This document shows, one piece after another, positions 47,277 through 57,537 of a stretch of 64,000 bases of DNA; position 1 is the stretch's first letter; each line of letters opens with the position of its first letter. This stretch comes from a virus, in the IMG/VR virus record IMGVR_UViG_3300010389_000004, positions 1 to 64,000 of that record, one strand, 5' to 3'. Position numbers and translations under genes: made by a program. The notes beneath the pieces are model-generated. The model did not search any database and was not told the origin of the DNA. It worked only from the letters and a program-made list of their open reading frames with translations.

Positions 47277-48368
47277 TTAGTCCGTAGCGATTTTCTGAGA
47301 GAGCCTACGCACGACGGCATCCTTGGCGTCTTCGAAAGTCTCCGACTGCTTTTCGGGGATTTTCGGAGCTTCACGCGGCACACTGCCTCGTGTTGACCCC
47401 GTGTTTGTAGAGGGCGGCGGGACTTGAGAGCGAGCTTGCTCGATCGCCTTCTGGCGCTCTTCTTCCAGCCGCTTGTTGGTGGTCTCTTTGAACATTGAGG
47501 GGATTTTGGCTTTCATCTTTTCCAGCGCGTTCTTGTACGCGAGGCTGGAATTACCCTCGGAGGACACCTCGTTGTTCACCTGCTGAAAAGCAATCTGAAC
47601 CATGTCCTCGTGAATGCCCATCTCTTCAGCGATGTTTCGGAAGGTCGCCCAATTCGCGGTGTATTGAGCTTGCTTCTTCTCTTTGAGGATCTGTTCCTTC
47701 TCAGCCTGAAGACGTTTCGCTGACTCCTGCGCCGCTGCCAGCTTCTGCGCGAGAGTGGCTGCCTCTTCCTGAGCTAGCGCAGTCTTACGGGCGACACGTT
47801 CTGCGATCGCAGCGTGCAACCCCGCGGTATCAAAGGAGCCATCCTCCTTCTTGAACTTCTCGAAGAGCTGGTTGAATTCCTCAGTCGTAAGGTCAGCTTG
47901 CGGGGCGTCGGACTGAAGCTGTTTCGCCGGCGGATCCTCTTGCTTCTCCGGTTCGTCCTGTTTCTCCGGCGGGGTGTCTTCCTGTTTCGGAGTCTCCTGC
48001 TCCTCGGGCTCATCCCAAGGGTCTCGGGGTGCATCAGGCGGAAGATCCTCGGTAGTGACCTTGGGTTTTGACGACTCAGTGCGGGATTTCACCCGCTCCA
48101 TGATCTGTGCCATGCGTGAGTTATCGTCGTCGGACAGCTTACGCAGGTAAGTATCGCTCTGACGGCTCTTGTCCTGCTCTTGCTGAAGTTGAGCTTCATA
48201 CTCAGCGATCGCGCCTTTGAGATCAAAAGAGCGAGCAGCGATCGTGCCCTCAATCTGACCACGCTCTTTCGCTTCTTCGAGCTTCTGTTCGTGGTCGATC
48301 TTGTCATCAGCTCTTTTGCCGGCAGCCTCAACAGCGCCTGCAAATTCCGAGGACCCATTGGTGTTCAT
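47277..48368 (-). CDS. Capsid scaffolding protein
   Basis: Charged coiled coil with acidic Pro/Glu region, directly upstream of the capsid gene. Confidence 0.75.
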   Translation of the reverse strand: MNTNGSSEFAGAVEAAGKRADDKIDHEQKLEEAKERGQIEGTIAARSFDLKGAIAEYEAQLQQEQDKSRQSDTYLRKLSDDDNSRMAQIMERVKSRTESSKPKVTTEDLPPDAPRDPWDEPEEQETPKQEDTPPEKQDEPEKQEDPPAKQLQSDAPQADLTTEEFNQLFEKFKKEDGSFDTAGLHAAIAERVARKTALAQEEAATLAQKLAAAQESAKRLQAEKEQILKEKKQAQYTANWATFRNIAEEMGIHEDMVQIAFQQVNNEVSSEGNSSLAYKNALEKMKAKIPSMFKETTNKRLEEERQKAIEQARSQVPPPSTNTGSTRGSVPREAPKIPEKQSETFEDAKDAVVRRLSQKIATD

Positions 48369-48377
48369 CTGCGTCTC

Positions 48378-49262
48378 CTACAACGACGTAATGTGAGGGT
48401 TTGGGCGTTTTCTCTTCCGAACCCCGTCACGGCCTATGAAACCCTGGACATCTTCCAAGGTGAGAATCTTCCCGAACTTACCATCGTAAGTGTCGGTGTT
48501 TTGCTGGAAGCTCCTGTCAATCCCGTGCCTACAGTTCGGGTGAAACAGATTTGGACTCAGCCAGCGCTGCGCAAACATGAATGCGTCCGGGGTCATTACC
48601 CTGCCTTGACACAAGATGCACGTTTGGGCGGACTCCGGTACTGTACCTGGGTTTGTGATTTTGACCAAGCTCTTTGACCGCGGTACGTTCTTCGCGTATT
48701 CGTCAAAGCGCTTCAGCTCGACGTCAGCCTCTCTCACGAAGTTGGCTGGTAGGGTGCGCGAGAGCATCTTCATCGCGGACACCAAGCGCAGACGGTAGAG
48801 GCGAGAGTAGTCAGACTGCGTGCGCAGGACAGCCGCCAGCATTCCCTCAGAAGGCTTGGGCTTTACCTGCTTGTTCCCCAACAACCAATCCCCGATCCTC
48901 TGCATGATCGAGCGGCCTTGTCGATTATGGACGGCTTGATCGTCGATCGAGTTGATTGCAGTGCCGAAGTAGCCGCGCAGAGACTGATCCCATCGGTTCT
49001 TGAATCTGACAGCCAAGGCATCCATCAGAATGCCGGCTTGTTCATTACCGGTGCGGTTGGTTTTCTCCAGGTACCACTGCCCGAGCCTTGTGATTTCCTC
49101 ATGCCCGAGCTTGGTGAACTTCTCCTGGAAATCCCTGAGCTTCTTGGAGGACAGCTTGCGCACGTCCTTTTCAACCTGCTGCTGGTACGAACTCAACTCT
49201 CGCACCGCTGAGGCGAAGGAAGCGTTAGTGAAGAATTGGTTCGTGGGAGGTTTCATGGACAA
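48378..49262 (-). CDS. Head morphogenesis / minor capsid protein (MuF/SPP1 gp7-like)
   Basis: TCILCQG...LFHPNCRH motif. Confidence 0.75.
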   Translation of the reverse strand: MSMKPPTNQFFTNASFASAVRELSSYQQQVEKDVRKLSSKKLRDFQEKFTKLGHEEITRLGQWYLEKTNRTGNEQAGILMDALAVRFKNRWDQSLRGYFGTAINSIDDQAVHNRQGRSIMQRIGDWLLGNKQVKPKPSEGMLAAVLRTQSDYSRLYRLRLVSAMKMLSRTLPANFVREADVELKRFDEYAKNVPRSKSLVKITNPGTVPESAQTCILCQGRVMTPDAFMFAQRWLSPNLFHPNCRHGIDRSFQQNTDTYDGKFGKILTLEDVQGFIGRDGVRKRKRPNPHITSL

Positions 49263-49288
49263 CCATCCTACTCACGCACACGCGCCAT

Positions 49289-49326
49289 AAAAAACGAAAT
49301 ACCCTGCGCAGGAGCAGGGTATTTCG
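49289..49326 (-). terminator. Intrinsic terminator
   Basis: cgaaataccctgc/gcagggtatttcg stem plus U6. Confidence 0.8.
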
Positions 49327-49378
49327 CCGTCGTCGTAGGAAAGAGAGTCACCTTCCTCATGCTACATACGGGTGAGAC

Positions 49379-49945
49379 CTAGACTTCCGTCCCGTCAGCA
49401 TCGTCGCCCTCGGGGTCGGAGGGATCCTCGTCTTCAGGGTCGCCGTCATCACCGTCATCGTCGTCTTCGGGATCAGCAGCAGGTTGGGCAGGCGGCGTGT
49501 AGGCGATGGTAGCGGCAGGCGCTTCGAGCGCGGGCGCCACCGGCTGTTCTTCTTCCTCGGATTCGACCAGCAGAGGCAACGCGATCTTGAAGCCCTCCTT
49601 GACGGCAAACTCCAGCAGGCGCTCGCCTTGTTGCAGGATCAAATCCCAGGTGTCGATAGCCGTCTTCACACCCTCGTACTTGATGATGGTTTCGGCAGCA
49701 CGAGCTTGGGCGACCAGGCGGCCGTGAATACGGCGGGCGCCGTGGACGTTGCCGGTGGAGAGAGCTTTGGCGATGCTCTCGCCCTGCTCCTTGAACGTCG
49801 ACACGAACGGAATCTTGATGTCATTCGACATCGCCGATTCAATTTGGTCGAGCACGTCATTGAGGGCGACTTCGGCTTCAGCGACCACCTTGTCAGCCAG
49901 TGCGTTCACCGCCCCACTCAGGCGGTCTTTGGGGTTACTATCCAT
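49379..49945 (-). CDS. Hypothetical helical protein with very acidic tail
   Basis: AGGAAAGG SD before ATG 49945; flanked by terminators. Confidence 0.7.
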   Translation of the reverse strand: MDSNPKDRLSGAVNALADKVVAEAEVALNDVLDQIESAMSNDIKIPFVSTFKEQGESIAKALSTGNVHGARRIHGRLVAQARAAETIIKYEGVKTAIDTWDLILQQGERLLEFAVKEGFKIALPLLVESEEEEQPVAPALEAPAATIAYTPPAQPAADPEDDDDGDDGDPEDEDPSDPEGDDADGTEV

Positions 49946-49980
49946 TGATCGGACCTTTCCTGTAGTGGGCAAGCCACCAC

Positions 49981-50022
49981 AAACAAAAGAAAACTGGTTG
50001 GAGAGTATTCTCCAACCAGTTT
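49981..50022 (-). terminator. Intrinsic terminator
   Basis: aaactggttggaga/tctccaaccagttt stem plus U-rich tail. Confidence 0.75.
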
Positions 50023-50046
50023 ACGCGCAACGCAAGGGTTTCAGCC

Positions 50047-50379
50047 CTACTCGGCGTTAGCGGCTTTCGCGCTTTCCTGCAATCGCAGGAGCAGTTCGCG
50101 GTGAGCGTCGCGTGTGGACTCGATCGACTTGCGCTCAAGATCCCAATCAGTGACCCAAGCGCCCTCTCCCTGAGAGGCTTGTTCCAGCCAACTGTCCAAG
50201 AGCTTCATGTCTTTAGCAACGACGTTATACGAGGCCACAGCCTCATCCGCCAATTCCTGGTCGATCGGAGTGCTCTCCGCACACATGCAGCCCGTCATCG
50301 ACAGTACCGCGATCATCAAGACCGCACAGAGCAGGGTAGCCAGACTGAAGACAGCCTTGCTACGGGTTTGGATTGCCAT
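50047..50379 (-). CDS. Predicted lipoprotein (possible spanin component)
   Basis: Signal peptide ending MTG-C, helical body; overlaps the holin 3' end. Confidence 0.55.
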   Translation of the reverse strand: MAIQTRSKAVFSLATLLCAVLMIAVLSMTGCMCAESTPIDQELADEAVASYNVVAKDMKLLDSWLEQASQGEGAWVTDWDLERKSIESTRDAHRELLLRLQESAKAANAE

Positions 50380-51157
50380 CGTTCTCTCCTTTTGATGCAT
50401 CATCCGCGAAAATACGCAGAAACCGGGTTCTAGCTGATTCTGGCGTGTCTACCGGAGCCGTCGGCTTCTTACGACGTGCATACTCCGCTTCCAGTTGCGC
50501 GATGAACTCTTTGAGTTCTGCCTTTCCGTATCCCTCAAGGTTTTGGGTAAGCATCGGCTTAGCCTTGTCCTTGGAAATCGTTAGGGTGTTGCCGGAAACG
50601 CGTTTGTCTTTGCTCGTGCGCTTCTGGAATTCATCCACCAAGCCTACCATCAGCCGATCAATCTTTGAGGACGCTACCTGATCATTCAGCGAACGTCCCG
50701 CGAAAACTCGGTAAATCGTAGGGACCAAAGGAAGGCTCACACCCAGCGCGTTCATGTTTTCAATCAAGCGCATGAACTCAGTGATTGCGACGTAGGCGTA
50801 AAACACCTTCGGGAGAACACGCAGTAAATCGGACGCGTAAGTGGCTTGATGCGCCGCAACCAACACCGTGATGTAGGCAACCACTCTACCCAGCGCCGCG
50901 AACGGAACCCGGCTAGTGAATAGCCCCTCCTTCAGCGAAACCAGGATCTCCACCGCAATGGAAAGCCCCAGCACAATCAAAAGACTGTACAGGGGCAGAG
51001 GGTCGTCCACTACTACCTGGTCGAGCACGACGATGGGGGATACCACCAAGAGCTTTGAAACGACCCCGAGACCCAAAGCCCCGAACCCGCTCACCGCCCC
51101 GCGATATAGCCCTGTGTCATACACACTGCCTAGCATCCCTACGCACCCTCTTTCCAC
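50360..51157 (-). CDS. Holin (Phage_holin_4_1-like) with long C-terminal tail
   Basis: 3-4 TM segments; TEFMRLIENMNALGVSLP signature; start uncertain (51136 possible). Confidence 0.72.
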   Translation of the reverse strand: MERGCVGMLGSVYDTGLYRGAVSGFGALGLGVVSKLLVVSPIVVLDQVVVDDPLPLYSLLIVLGLSIAVEILVSLKEGLFTSRVPFAALGRVVAYITVLVAAHQATYASDLLRVLPKVFYAYVAITEFMRLIENMNALGVSLPLVPTIYRVFAGRSLNDQVASSKIDRLMVGLVDEFQKRTSKDKRVSGNTLTISKDKAKPMLTQNLEGYGKAELKEFIAQLEAEYARRKKPTAPVDTPESARTRFLRIFADDASKGENDGNPNP

Positions 51158-51192
51158 CTTGGACCAACGCTCGTGTCAGTAGCTGCTAGCTC

Positions 51193-53511
51193 TTAGTCAT
51201 AGCTCCAGTTGTCATTCCAGACCATGTTGAACGTAGCACCGATGAGGTTCAACCACGGGCCGTATTCAAAAGCCGCAGCGTCGTAATCCTCACCACCCAG
51301 CGTCGCAGAGGAGATCGCAATCGTGTTACTCGAAACCTCTTCGTAATTCGAAGGGTCGGTAATCGTGATGGTCCCCAACGTGACATCCGAATTGGGAGTC
51401 AACGAGCGCATCGTGCTGTCCTGGATATCCACCGTGATAACGCCAAGTGCGGAAATCGTGACGTCATCGTCAGTGTCACCTTGCAGCAAGCCGGCGGTGT
51501 AGCCGAGGGTCGCATTCGACAACAGACCAAAGCCGGAAATGGTCATGTCGAGGTCGTCAATGTCGGGCGACAGGATTGCCACGTCAAACGTAGCGTCACG
51601 CAGCGTGAGCGACCCTGAGAAGTCAGTCGGAGTGCCGACGATGTTCTCGCCCTGAATAGTGGCCCCGCTCAATTCCAGGTCTGCATCATCCACAGCGCCG
51701 ATGCCGTCTACGGTGTCGATCGTGATGGTGGCGACGGTAGTTGCGACGTTGCCTACGAAAGCTTTGAGCGACGTGTCCTCAATGTCGATTTCCAGATCGC
51801 CAGAATTCCACGTCAGCGTGCGCGTGGTTTCTCCAGCCATCGTGCCGGCGACAAGGGTCAGGGTCGAGCCTGCTTCCAGAGCGTCAAGCCCGCCAATCGT
51901 GAGGTGGAAATCATCGAGCGTGATTGACGGGTAGTTGTACTCGTAATTCGCGTCAATGAAGTTCGCAGCGACGGCGCCGCTGGTGTCTTCCAACGTGGTA
52001 GCGCTCCACGCAATAGAGCCATCGCCAGAGCCGGCGAAGTCTTCAAGCGTGTCAAGCTCAATCGTGCAGAGCACCGTGGGGGTATCCGCAGCGATGGTGC
52101 GATCGGCGCTGTCTTGGATGGTGACATCCAAATCCAGCGAGTTCCACGCAGCACTCTCTGAGGAGTCACCTTGCAGCAAGCCAGCCACGAAATCGACCGT
52201 CGCGGAGGTTGCCAAGGTACCAAGACCACCCAGAGTGAAATCCAAACGGTCAATATCAGTCGTGCCACCGATGCTATTCGCAACCACGTCGATGTACTTG
52301 CTATCCGAAGAATTCACACGGAGGTAGATATTCAAACCCGACGCCGGCGGAGTGCTGCCGTCAGTGATGTCCGTGAAGATGATCGTGCTGTCAGCCAGGT
52401 AAGGCTGGCACTTGATTTCCAGGTTGCGGCCGCGGGTTGCGGCAGAGCCGTCAGCGCCCACAGGCTCAACCCAGATATCCAAAGCCGAGGCCACGCCACC
52501 CAAGTTGTCCAACGTCCAATCATGGAAACGAAGGCCCTCAATGAAGTTCGCGTGGATCTCCAAATCCTTGTCGTTTGCAGCAGGCTCAAGCCACAGGTGG
52601 AAGCCTTCACCAGACACTGCTTCAGAGAGCGTCCAGTTTGCGATATCGAGATCAGGCATCCAACCATGCCCCACCAGCCAACCGGCAGTGGTGGTCAGCT
52701 CGGGGCGAATCTTGTGAGTCACCAACGTCCACACACGGTTGAGCTGATTCCAAGCAAGCTCACCGCCGCCTTCGATCACACCGCCATACAGCTTGTTGAG
52801 CGTGCCATTGTAGAGAACAGAGAGGCCTTCGCTCTCAGCCAACCATGAGCGCAGCTCAATGTTTTGAAGCCACGTCGAATCACCACGGTAAGCCACGAGG
52901 TTGGCCGCCGTGATTCGGTGTTCTGAGGCAGAGGGGTCATTGGTGCCACGCCAGTTGGCTGACTGGTACATGCGCACGACAGCCACAGCCAGACGAGCAT
53001 CAAACTCGCTGTTGTAGAGCACCGCGTCAATCGTCGACGGCAGGCCCAGGGTCGCCAGGTAGGACTTGATCGTTGAAGCGCTCTCACCGTATTGCACGAT
53101 CTGGTTTTGAAGCTCAACCCAGAAGAGCAACGCCCACTTCGCGTTGTCCGTGTAGGCGCCTTCAAGCAATGAGTCAATGTCGATCGTGGCAGCATCCGCA
53201 GCGATGGTCGCGTGCGGGAAGTCCTCGGTGTCGAGATCGCTGATCGCTTTGATCAAGCCGTAGCGACCCAAAATCGGGAACAGCTCTTTCTGCCCCGGAG
53301 TCAGGGATTGAAACCCTGCGTAGGTCGTAGCGCCTGGACCCAGCTTGGTCTCCATCAGAGTATTGATGGTAGACCGTGCGGTCGTCGCGTTTGAAGTCAA
53401 CTCGGCGCCTTGCTGATACACAGCAAGGAACTCCAGGTAGCGACGTTGTTGAGAACCAGCAAGGCCAGTCAACAGTCGCGTAGAATTGAGGCCAGTGTCA
53501 GGCGTAGCCAT
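51193..53511 (-). CDS. Acidic virion protein with three ~105-aa beta-sandwich repeats
   Basis: Recurring D-x(3)-T(L/I)(G/S)G...AG(LLQ/TMA)G(D/E)...I(Q/E)D pattern. Confidence 0.7.
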   Translation of the reverse strand: MATPDTGLNSTRLLTGLAGSQQRRYLEFLAVYQQGAELTSNATTARSTINTLMETKLGPGATTYAGFQSLTPGQKELFPILGRYGLIKAISDLDTEDFPHATIAADAATIDIDSLLEGAYTDNAKWALLFWVELQNQIVQYGESASTIKSYLATLGLPSTIDAVLYNSEFDARLAVAVVRMYQSANWRGTNDPSASEHRITAANLVAYRGDSTWLQNIELRSWLAESEGLSVLYNGTLNKLYGGVIEGGGELAWNQLNRVWTLVTHKIRPELTTTAGWLVGHGWMPDLDIANWTLSEAVSGEGFHLWLEPAANDKDLEIHANFIEGLRFHDWTLDNLGGVASALDIWVEPVGADGSAATRGRNLEIKCQPYLADSTIIFTDITDGSTPPASGLNIYLRVNSSDSKYIDVVANSIGGTTDIDRLDFTLGGLGTLATSATVDFVAGLLQGDSSESAAWNSLDLDVTIQDSADRTIAADTPTVLCTIELDTLEDFAGSGDGSIAWSATTLEDTSGAVAANFIDANYEYNYPSITLDDFHLTIGGLDALEAGSTLTLVAGTMAGETTRTLTWNSGDLEIDIEDTSLKAFVGNVATTVATITIDTVDGIGAVDDADLELSGATIQGENIVGTPTDFSGSLTLRDATFDVAILSPDIDDLDMTISGFGLLSNATLGYTAGLLQGDTDDDVTISALGVITVDIQDSTMRSLTPNSDVTLGTITITDPSNYEEVSSNTIAISSATLGGEDYDAAAFEYGPWLNLIGATFNMVWNDNWSYD

Positions 53512-53513
53512 GC

Positions 53514-55511
53514 CTATTCTCCTGTAAATTCATTCGGAACCGCGACTTCGGGGTTTCCGTCCGTTGGTTGAATTCCTTGAAGGCCGTTTCCGTCCAGGTC
53601 ATTCTGGGGTACGACTTCGGAACTATCTACGTCTGAAAATTCCATCCCAAAGCCCATGCCGCTCTCAGATACCCCGCGAGCTTCGTCTTGCTCGATTCGG
53701 ATGATCTCCTGTTCGGCTTCTTTCTCGCTGAGGTTATCGACCTCGGTGAGCACACGGTGGAGGGACATAGACGCTTTGCCGTTCAAGCGGTCGATAGCCA
53801 ACTGCGTGTCTTGAGGCAGCGCGGGGCGCATGTCGATCGACACGTCGCCAAGGCTGAATACCTCCTGCGCAAACAGGTCGGACTCGCTAATCCGGGCCAG
53901 CATTTCAGGTGTGGCAAGCATGTTGTATTTCGACGGATCCATCTGCTGAGAGGGATCGTCGAGGTACACACCTTCGGGCGCGAGGTTTGCCACCTTGGTG
54001 CCTTGGAAGTATTTCGCAAAGGATTCCAAGGAGACACCAAGCCCGCGGCGTTCGTTTTGGCTCTTCAGTGCGGCCAGACGGCTCTGCACCTCTTCGGGGA
54101 GCTGGTCTTCATTCAGCAGATTTTGTAGGCGAGACTGGAATGCCGACAGATACTCATCCCGAACATTGTGCTCGCCGTAATAGTCCAAAGCGGAAAGCAC
54201 GTTGAACACGATCCGCTGCATCGCACGAACCATAATCGGGCGCTTGGCATTCGCTTTGTTGATTGCAGGAGTCATGCGCATCTTGTACGCGACGCCGGAC
54301 TGCACCTGACCTGCCTCTGCTGAATCTAACAGGAAGCTCGGCAAACCTGACAGCACCGAGAAGAGGTTGAGTAGTTGCTTGAAGTTCTCGCGGCTGCTCT
54401 GCGTGTCAGCGCTAGGTTGCAGGTACTCGGGTTTCTCGGTGTCCGTTGGTCTACGGAACCATACACCATCACGAGGGGATTCAAAAAACGCCCTGCGGTC
54501 AACAGGGTCAATCATCGCCATTGAATCCGGCAGAAGGAGATTCGGTCCTGCGTACTTGTTGAGCAACCCGCCCTCGCGTGAGGCACGGTCATTCACCAGG
54601 TAGTTGATATCCAGAATGTCATCCCAGTCTGAGCGGAACCTGTTGATCGTTACGCGATTAGCGATGATGGTAATTGCGAAATCAGAAAGCCCCGTCATCA
54701 CAACGCGCTTGAGTGCAGGATCCCAATATTCCAAAGGGACGTTCCCGACGATCTTGTCGTCATCGCCAACAGCCCACAGGTAGTTTTCATACCACCCTTC
54801 GAAATGGCGCTCCTCAATGACGTAATAGCGAATCTCAGCTCCGCAGTATCCTTCAAGCGTTTCGGTCTCGGGGATTTCCTCACGAGCGATCTGCGTCTTT
54901 TTGGCAATGCAATACCACTCGTCCGCTGACCCATCCACGAAGTACACAAACAGGTCTTTGGGCAATACCTGCATGAGATCCAGACGACCGCGTTGAGGGT
55001 CGATGCTGACTTGGACACCCAAGTACCCAAAGACCGATGCCATAACCCGCCACTCACGCACGCGAGCGCCAAGCTGCATTCGATCATTCAGGAGTTTGTC
55101 GAGAGGCTCGATACCGGTGTCAACGGTGCAACCTCCGCCCACGATGAGGTCGGCGTTGACCTCACTCACCAGGTGGATGAGGTTGTAGGCGTGGTAAACC
55201 ACCTGGTCATCGTACTTCTGAGATTGGTTCTTATACCACTCAGACTGAAAAGCACCGACGCCCTCCAAGAAGATCTTCTCGTACTTGGCGAGCTTCTGCT
55301 GGCGCCGACGGTCTTCTTCGGTGCGCCAGTACTTCGTAACCTTACCGTCAGGGCCACGAACCACCGTCAGCGGGGACTTCCCCCGACCCGCTGCCGCCTG
55401 TTCCTCAGACGACACGAACACGCCTCGATCGTCCAACTGCGAAATCACGTCGTCCGTCAGGTTGGACTTGCTGATCGCAGTGCGAAGCGTTTGGTAGAGG
55501 GAATTGGGCAT
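53514..55511 (-). CDS. Portal protein (SPP1 gp6-like)
   Basis: YNLIHLVSEVNAD, SDWDDI, SGLPSFLL, SGVAYK, AEQEIIRIEQD motifs. Confidence 0.85.
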   Translation of the reverse strand: MPNSLYQTLRTAISKSNLTDDVISQLDDRGVFVSSEEQAAAGRGKSPLTVVRGPDGKVTKYWRTEEDRRRQQKLAKYEKIFLEGVGAFQSEWYKNQSQKYDDQVVYHAYNLIHLVSEVNADLIVGGGCTVDTGIEPLDKLLNDRMQLGARVREWRVMASVFGYLGVQVSIDPQRGRLDLMQVLPKDLFVYFVDGSADEWYCIAKKTQIAREEIPETETLEGYCGAEIRYYVIEERHFEGWYENYLWAVGDDDKIVGNVPLEYWDPALKRVVMTGLSDFAITIIANRVTINRFRSDWDDILDINYLVNDRASREGGLLNKYAGPNLLLPDSMAMIDPVDRRAFFESPRDGVWFRRPTDTEKPEYLQPSADTQSSRENFKQLLNLFSVLSGLPSFLLDSAEAGQVQSGVAYKMRMTPAINKANAKRPIMVRAMQRIVFNVLSALDYYGEHNVRDEYLSAFQSRLQNLLNEDQLPEEVQSRLAALKSQNERRGLGVSLESFAKYFQGTKVANLAPEGVYLDDPSQQMDPSKYNMLATPEMLARISESDLFAQEVFSLGDVSIDMRPALPQDTQLAIDRLNGKASMSLHRVLTEVDNLSEKEAEQEIIRIEQDEARGVSESGMGFGMEFSDVDSSEVVPQNDLDGNGLQGIQPTDGNPEVAVPNEFTGE

Positions 55512-55525
55512 CTTGACTCTCTCCG

Positions 55526-55687
55526 CTATGGGGTCGCAATCACGACATGGTATTGCAACAAGTTGCTCAGGTATACCATAGCGGCTACATAGCTACCAGC
55601 TCCCGCAGCAGTCAAGGCGGTGCCCAACTTCGTCTCAAGCTCGGCGTCAGTCTCACCGATTTCGAGGTTGGTCACGGTGTACGTCAT
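55526..55687 (-). CDS. 53-aa protein not in the ORF track (MTYTVTNLEIGETDAELETKL...)
   Basis: GAGGAG SD, ATGA coupling to the upstream small ORF. Confidence 0.7.
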   Translation of the reverse strand: MTYTVTNLEIGETDAELETKLGTALTAAGAGSYVAAMVYLSNLLQYHVVIATP

Positions 55688-55833
55688 ACCCACTCCTCAG
55701 AAATGTAGGGCACAGCTTGCGCGTGCCGGAAGTAAAAGCGCTCTGTCAAGCGCGGGTTGCGGACCATCAGGTCGTTCGTCCAGAGCAGTGTCGTGTAGGC
55801 AGTCTTCGAGACCACATCGGTATACGTTGCCAT
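55684..55833 (-). CDS. 49-aa protein not in the ORF track (MATYTDVVSKTAY...)
   Basis: AGGAGGT SD; stop overlaps the next ATG. Confidence 0.65.
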   Translation of the reverse strand: MATYTDVVSKTAYTTLLWTNDLMVRNPRLTERFYFRHAQAVPYISEEWV

Positions 55834-55903
55834 TGGCACCTCCTGGCTAACAACGTACTCGCTTACTCACCTGTGTCACGCGAAATCTTACTGACACACC
55901 TCA

Positions 55904-56950
55904 TTAGGACAGCGTGGCTGCTGCCGCTTGCAGAGCATCAAAGTAGGCTTGGTACTCAGACCTGTCGTAACCGATGTCAAACGAGAAGAAGGCACAGGTT
56001 CCGCCGTGCCACTCAACCAGTCCAGAAGCGCTAATGTCTCCATAGATCACATAGGTGATGTTGCTGGAGAAAGCGATGTCGGCAGTCGAACTGCCGCCGA
56101 TACGCTCAACCTCATTTCGGTAAACGCGAATTGGAGCATTGCGCGGGGTGATGATGCCGTACCACGAGGCGGTCAATCCAAGAGGCTCATCCCCGAAGTA
56201 GGTGATCCCAGACCAACGGTAGTGATCACCTGCTGATCCTCGCCACAGTCGAATGGCTTGTGTGGCATTATGGTACACACTCACACCGGACACCGCTTGT
56301 CCAGGCGACGACATGTAGGCGAGCGTGCTAATATCGTCAACACCTTCAAGCCAGTCATTGATTGCCTCGTTGGACTCACCCGCGTGACTTCGTAGCTGCC
56401 CAACCCCAACCCCAACACCGAATCGGACCTTCTGGGAATCAAGCATGTACTGCGGGAGTGTTCCGTTGGCGAAACCGGCAAGGTCGAAATTGGAGTCGTT
56501 CACCTTGGTGGCGACGGGCCAGCGAACAATATCGACGTCCTCTTCTTCGTCGATAAATTCGTGGGCAAGATCGAAGGGTGTCCATGCCAAGCAGGTATCC
56601 AACACAAGAGGATTTTTACCTGGAATAGCGACAGCTACTGTCAAGCTCTCGCCAACAGTGATATCGCCGCCAGGTTCCTGAATACCGCTTCCTTGTGTCG
56701 GGGCATACCGAACGTAAACCGTAGCATCAGCAACGTCCTCAAGCTCGTCTACCCACGTCTCCCCATCTAGTGAAATCTGCCATTCAGAATTCGGCACAGA
56801 GACCGTTCCTGCTTCTCCGGTAATGTCGAATGACTTCACCGCTGATGGGTAACGCACCGTAGCCACGAAATCACCAAGGTCATCAGTGGAGACAGAAGGC
56901 CCGCCTCCACCAAGCCAGGCGATATTCAACATGCTGTTTCTGTGAGCCAT
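55904..56950 (-). CDS. Putative fibre/adhesin with lectin (LamG-like) C-terminus
   Basis: Beta-rich; WQISLDGETW N-domain; IRVYRNEVE pattern; function is inference. Confidence 0.55.
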   Translation of the reverse strand: MAHRNSMLNIAWLGGGGPSVSTDDLGDFVATVRYPSAVKSFDITGEAGTVSVPNSEWQISLDGETWVDELEDVADATVYVRYAPTQGSGIQEPGGDITVGESLTVAVAIPGKNPLVLDTCLAWTPFDLAHEFIDEEEDVDIVRWPVATKVNDSNFDLAGFANGTLPQYMLDSQKVRFGVGVGVGQLRSHAGESNEAINDWLEGVDDISTLAYMSSPGQAVSGVSVYHNATQAIRLWRGSAGDHYRWSGITYFGDEPLGLTASWYGIITPRNAPIRVYRNEVERIGGSSTADIAFSSNITYVIYGDISASGLVEWHGGTCAFFSFDIGYDRSEYQAYFDALQAAAATLS

Positions 56951-56959
56951 CAGGTTCCT

Positions 56960-57511
56960 CTACAGTTTCACGATACCGTAGCGAGCGTGGTATGCGATCG
57001 CCCCGTCAATGTACACAGCGTCCACGTCGATCTGCATCATCTCGTTCTGCGTACCGAACGGGGAGGACGCTGGAGCCACCTGCCCGTTGGTGAATTTATA
57101 GGCGGAGTTGACTGCCATGTTCAGGCTGCCGGGAGTAGCGTTGGTGTTTTTGATGTAGATCGTAAAGCCCTGTCTGCCAGTAGCAGAAGGTTCGTTGGTA
57201 GGGGCGTTGATTGTCAGCGTTCCCACAGACCCAAAATCCGCCACCACGATGAAGTTGTTCCCAAGGCTCAGGTCGATATCCACAGAGTCAGTCGCGGAGA
57301 CCGTCCCCAGATTGACTGCGGATTCAACCGTCGCCGCTGGACTGCCGTTGGGGTTTTCAATGATCGTGTAGACCAATTCCCCGGCGCTCTTGTTGTAAGC
57401 AACCCCCTGGATGATTGGGTCGGTGTAGCTGCTGGCCGACAACGCGGCCGCGATCGCAGCTTCAATATCCGACCCGCTGGTCAACACAGGGACTCGTAGA
57501 ATTTCTGCCAT
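56960..57511 (-). CDS. Putative fibre/whisker protein
   Basis: IDLSLGNNF...TLTINAPTN...FTIYIK...YKFTNG pattern seen in phage fibre tip domains; GGAGAGG SD. Confidence 0.6.
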   Translation of the reverse strand: MAEILRVPVLTSGSDIEAAIAAALSASSYTDPIIQGVAYNKSAGELVYTIIENPNGSPAATVESAVNLGTVSATDSVDIDLSLGNNFIVVADFGSVGTLTINAPTNEPSATGRQGFTIYIKNTNATPGSLNMAVNSAYKFTNGQVAPASSPFGTQNEMMQIDVDAVYIDGAIAYHARYGIVKL

Positions 57512-57537
57512 TGTGCCTCTCCTGGAAAACGGCCTAC

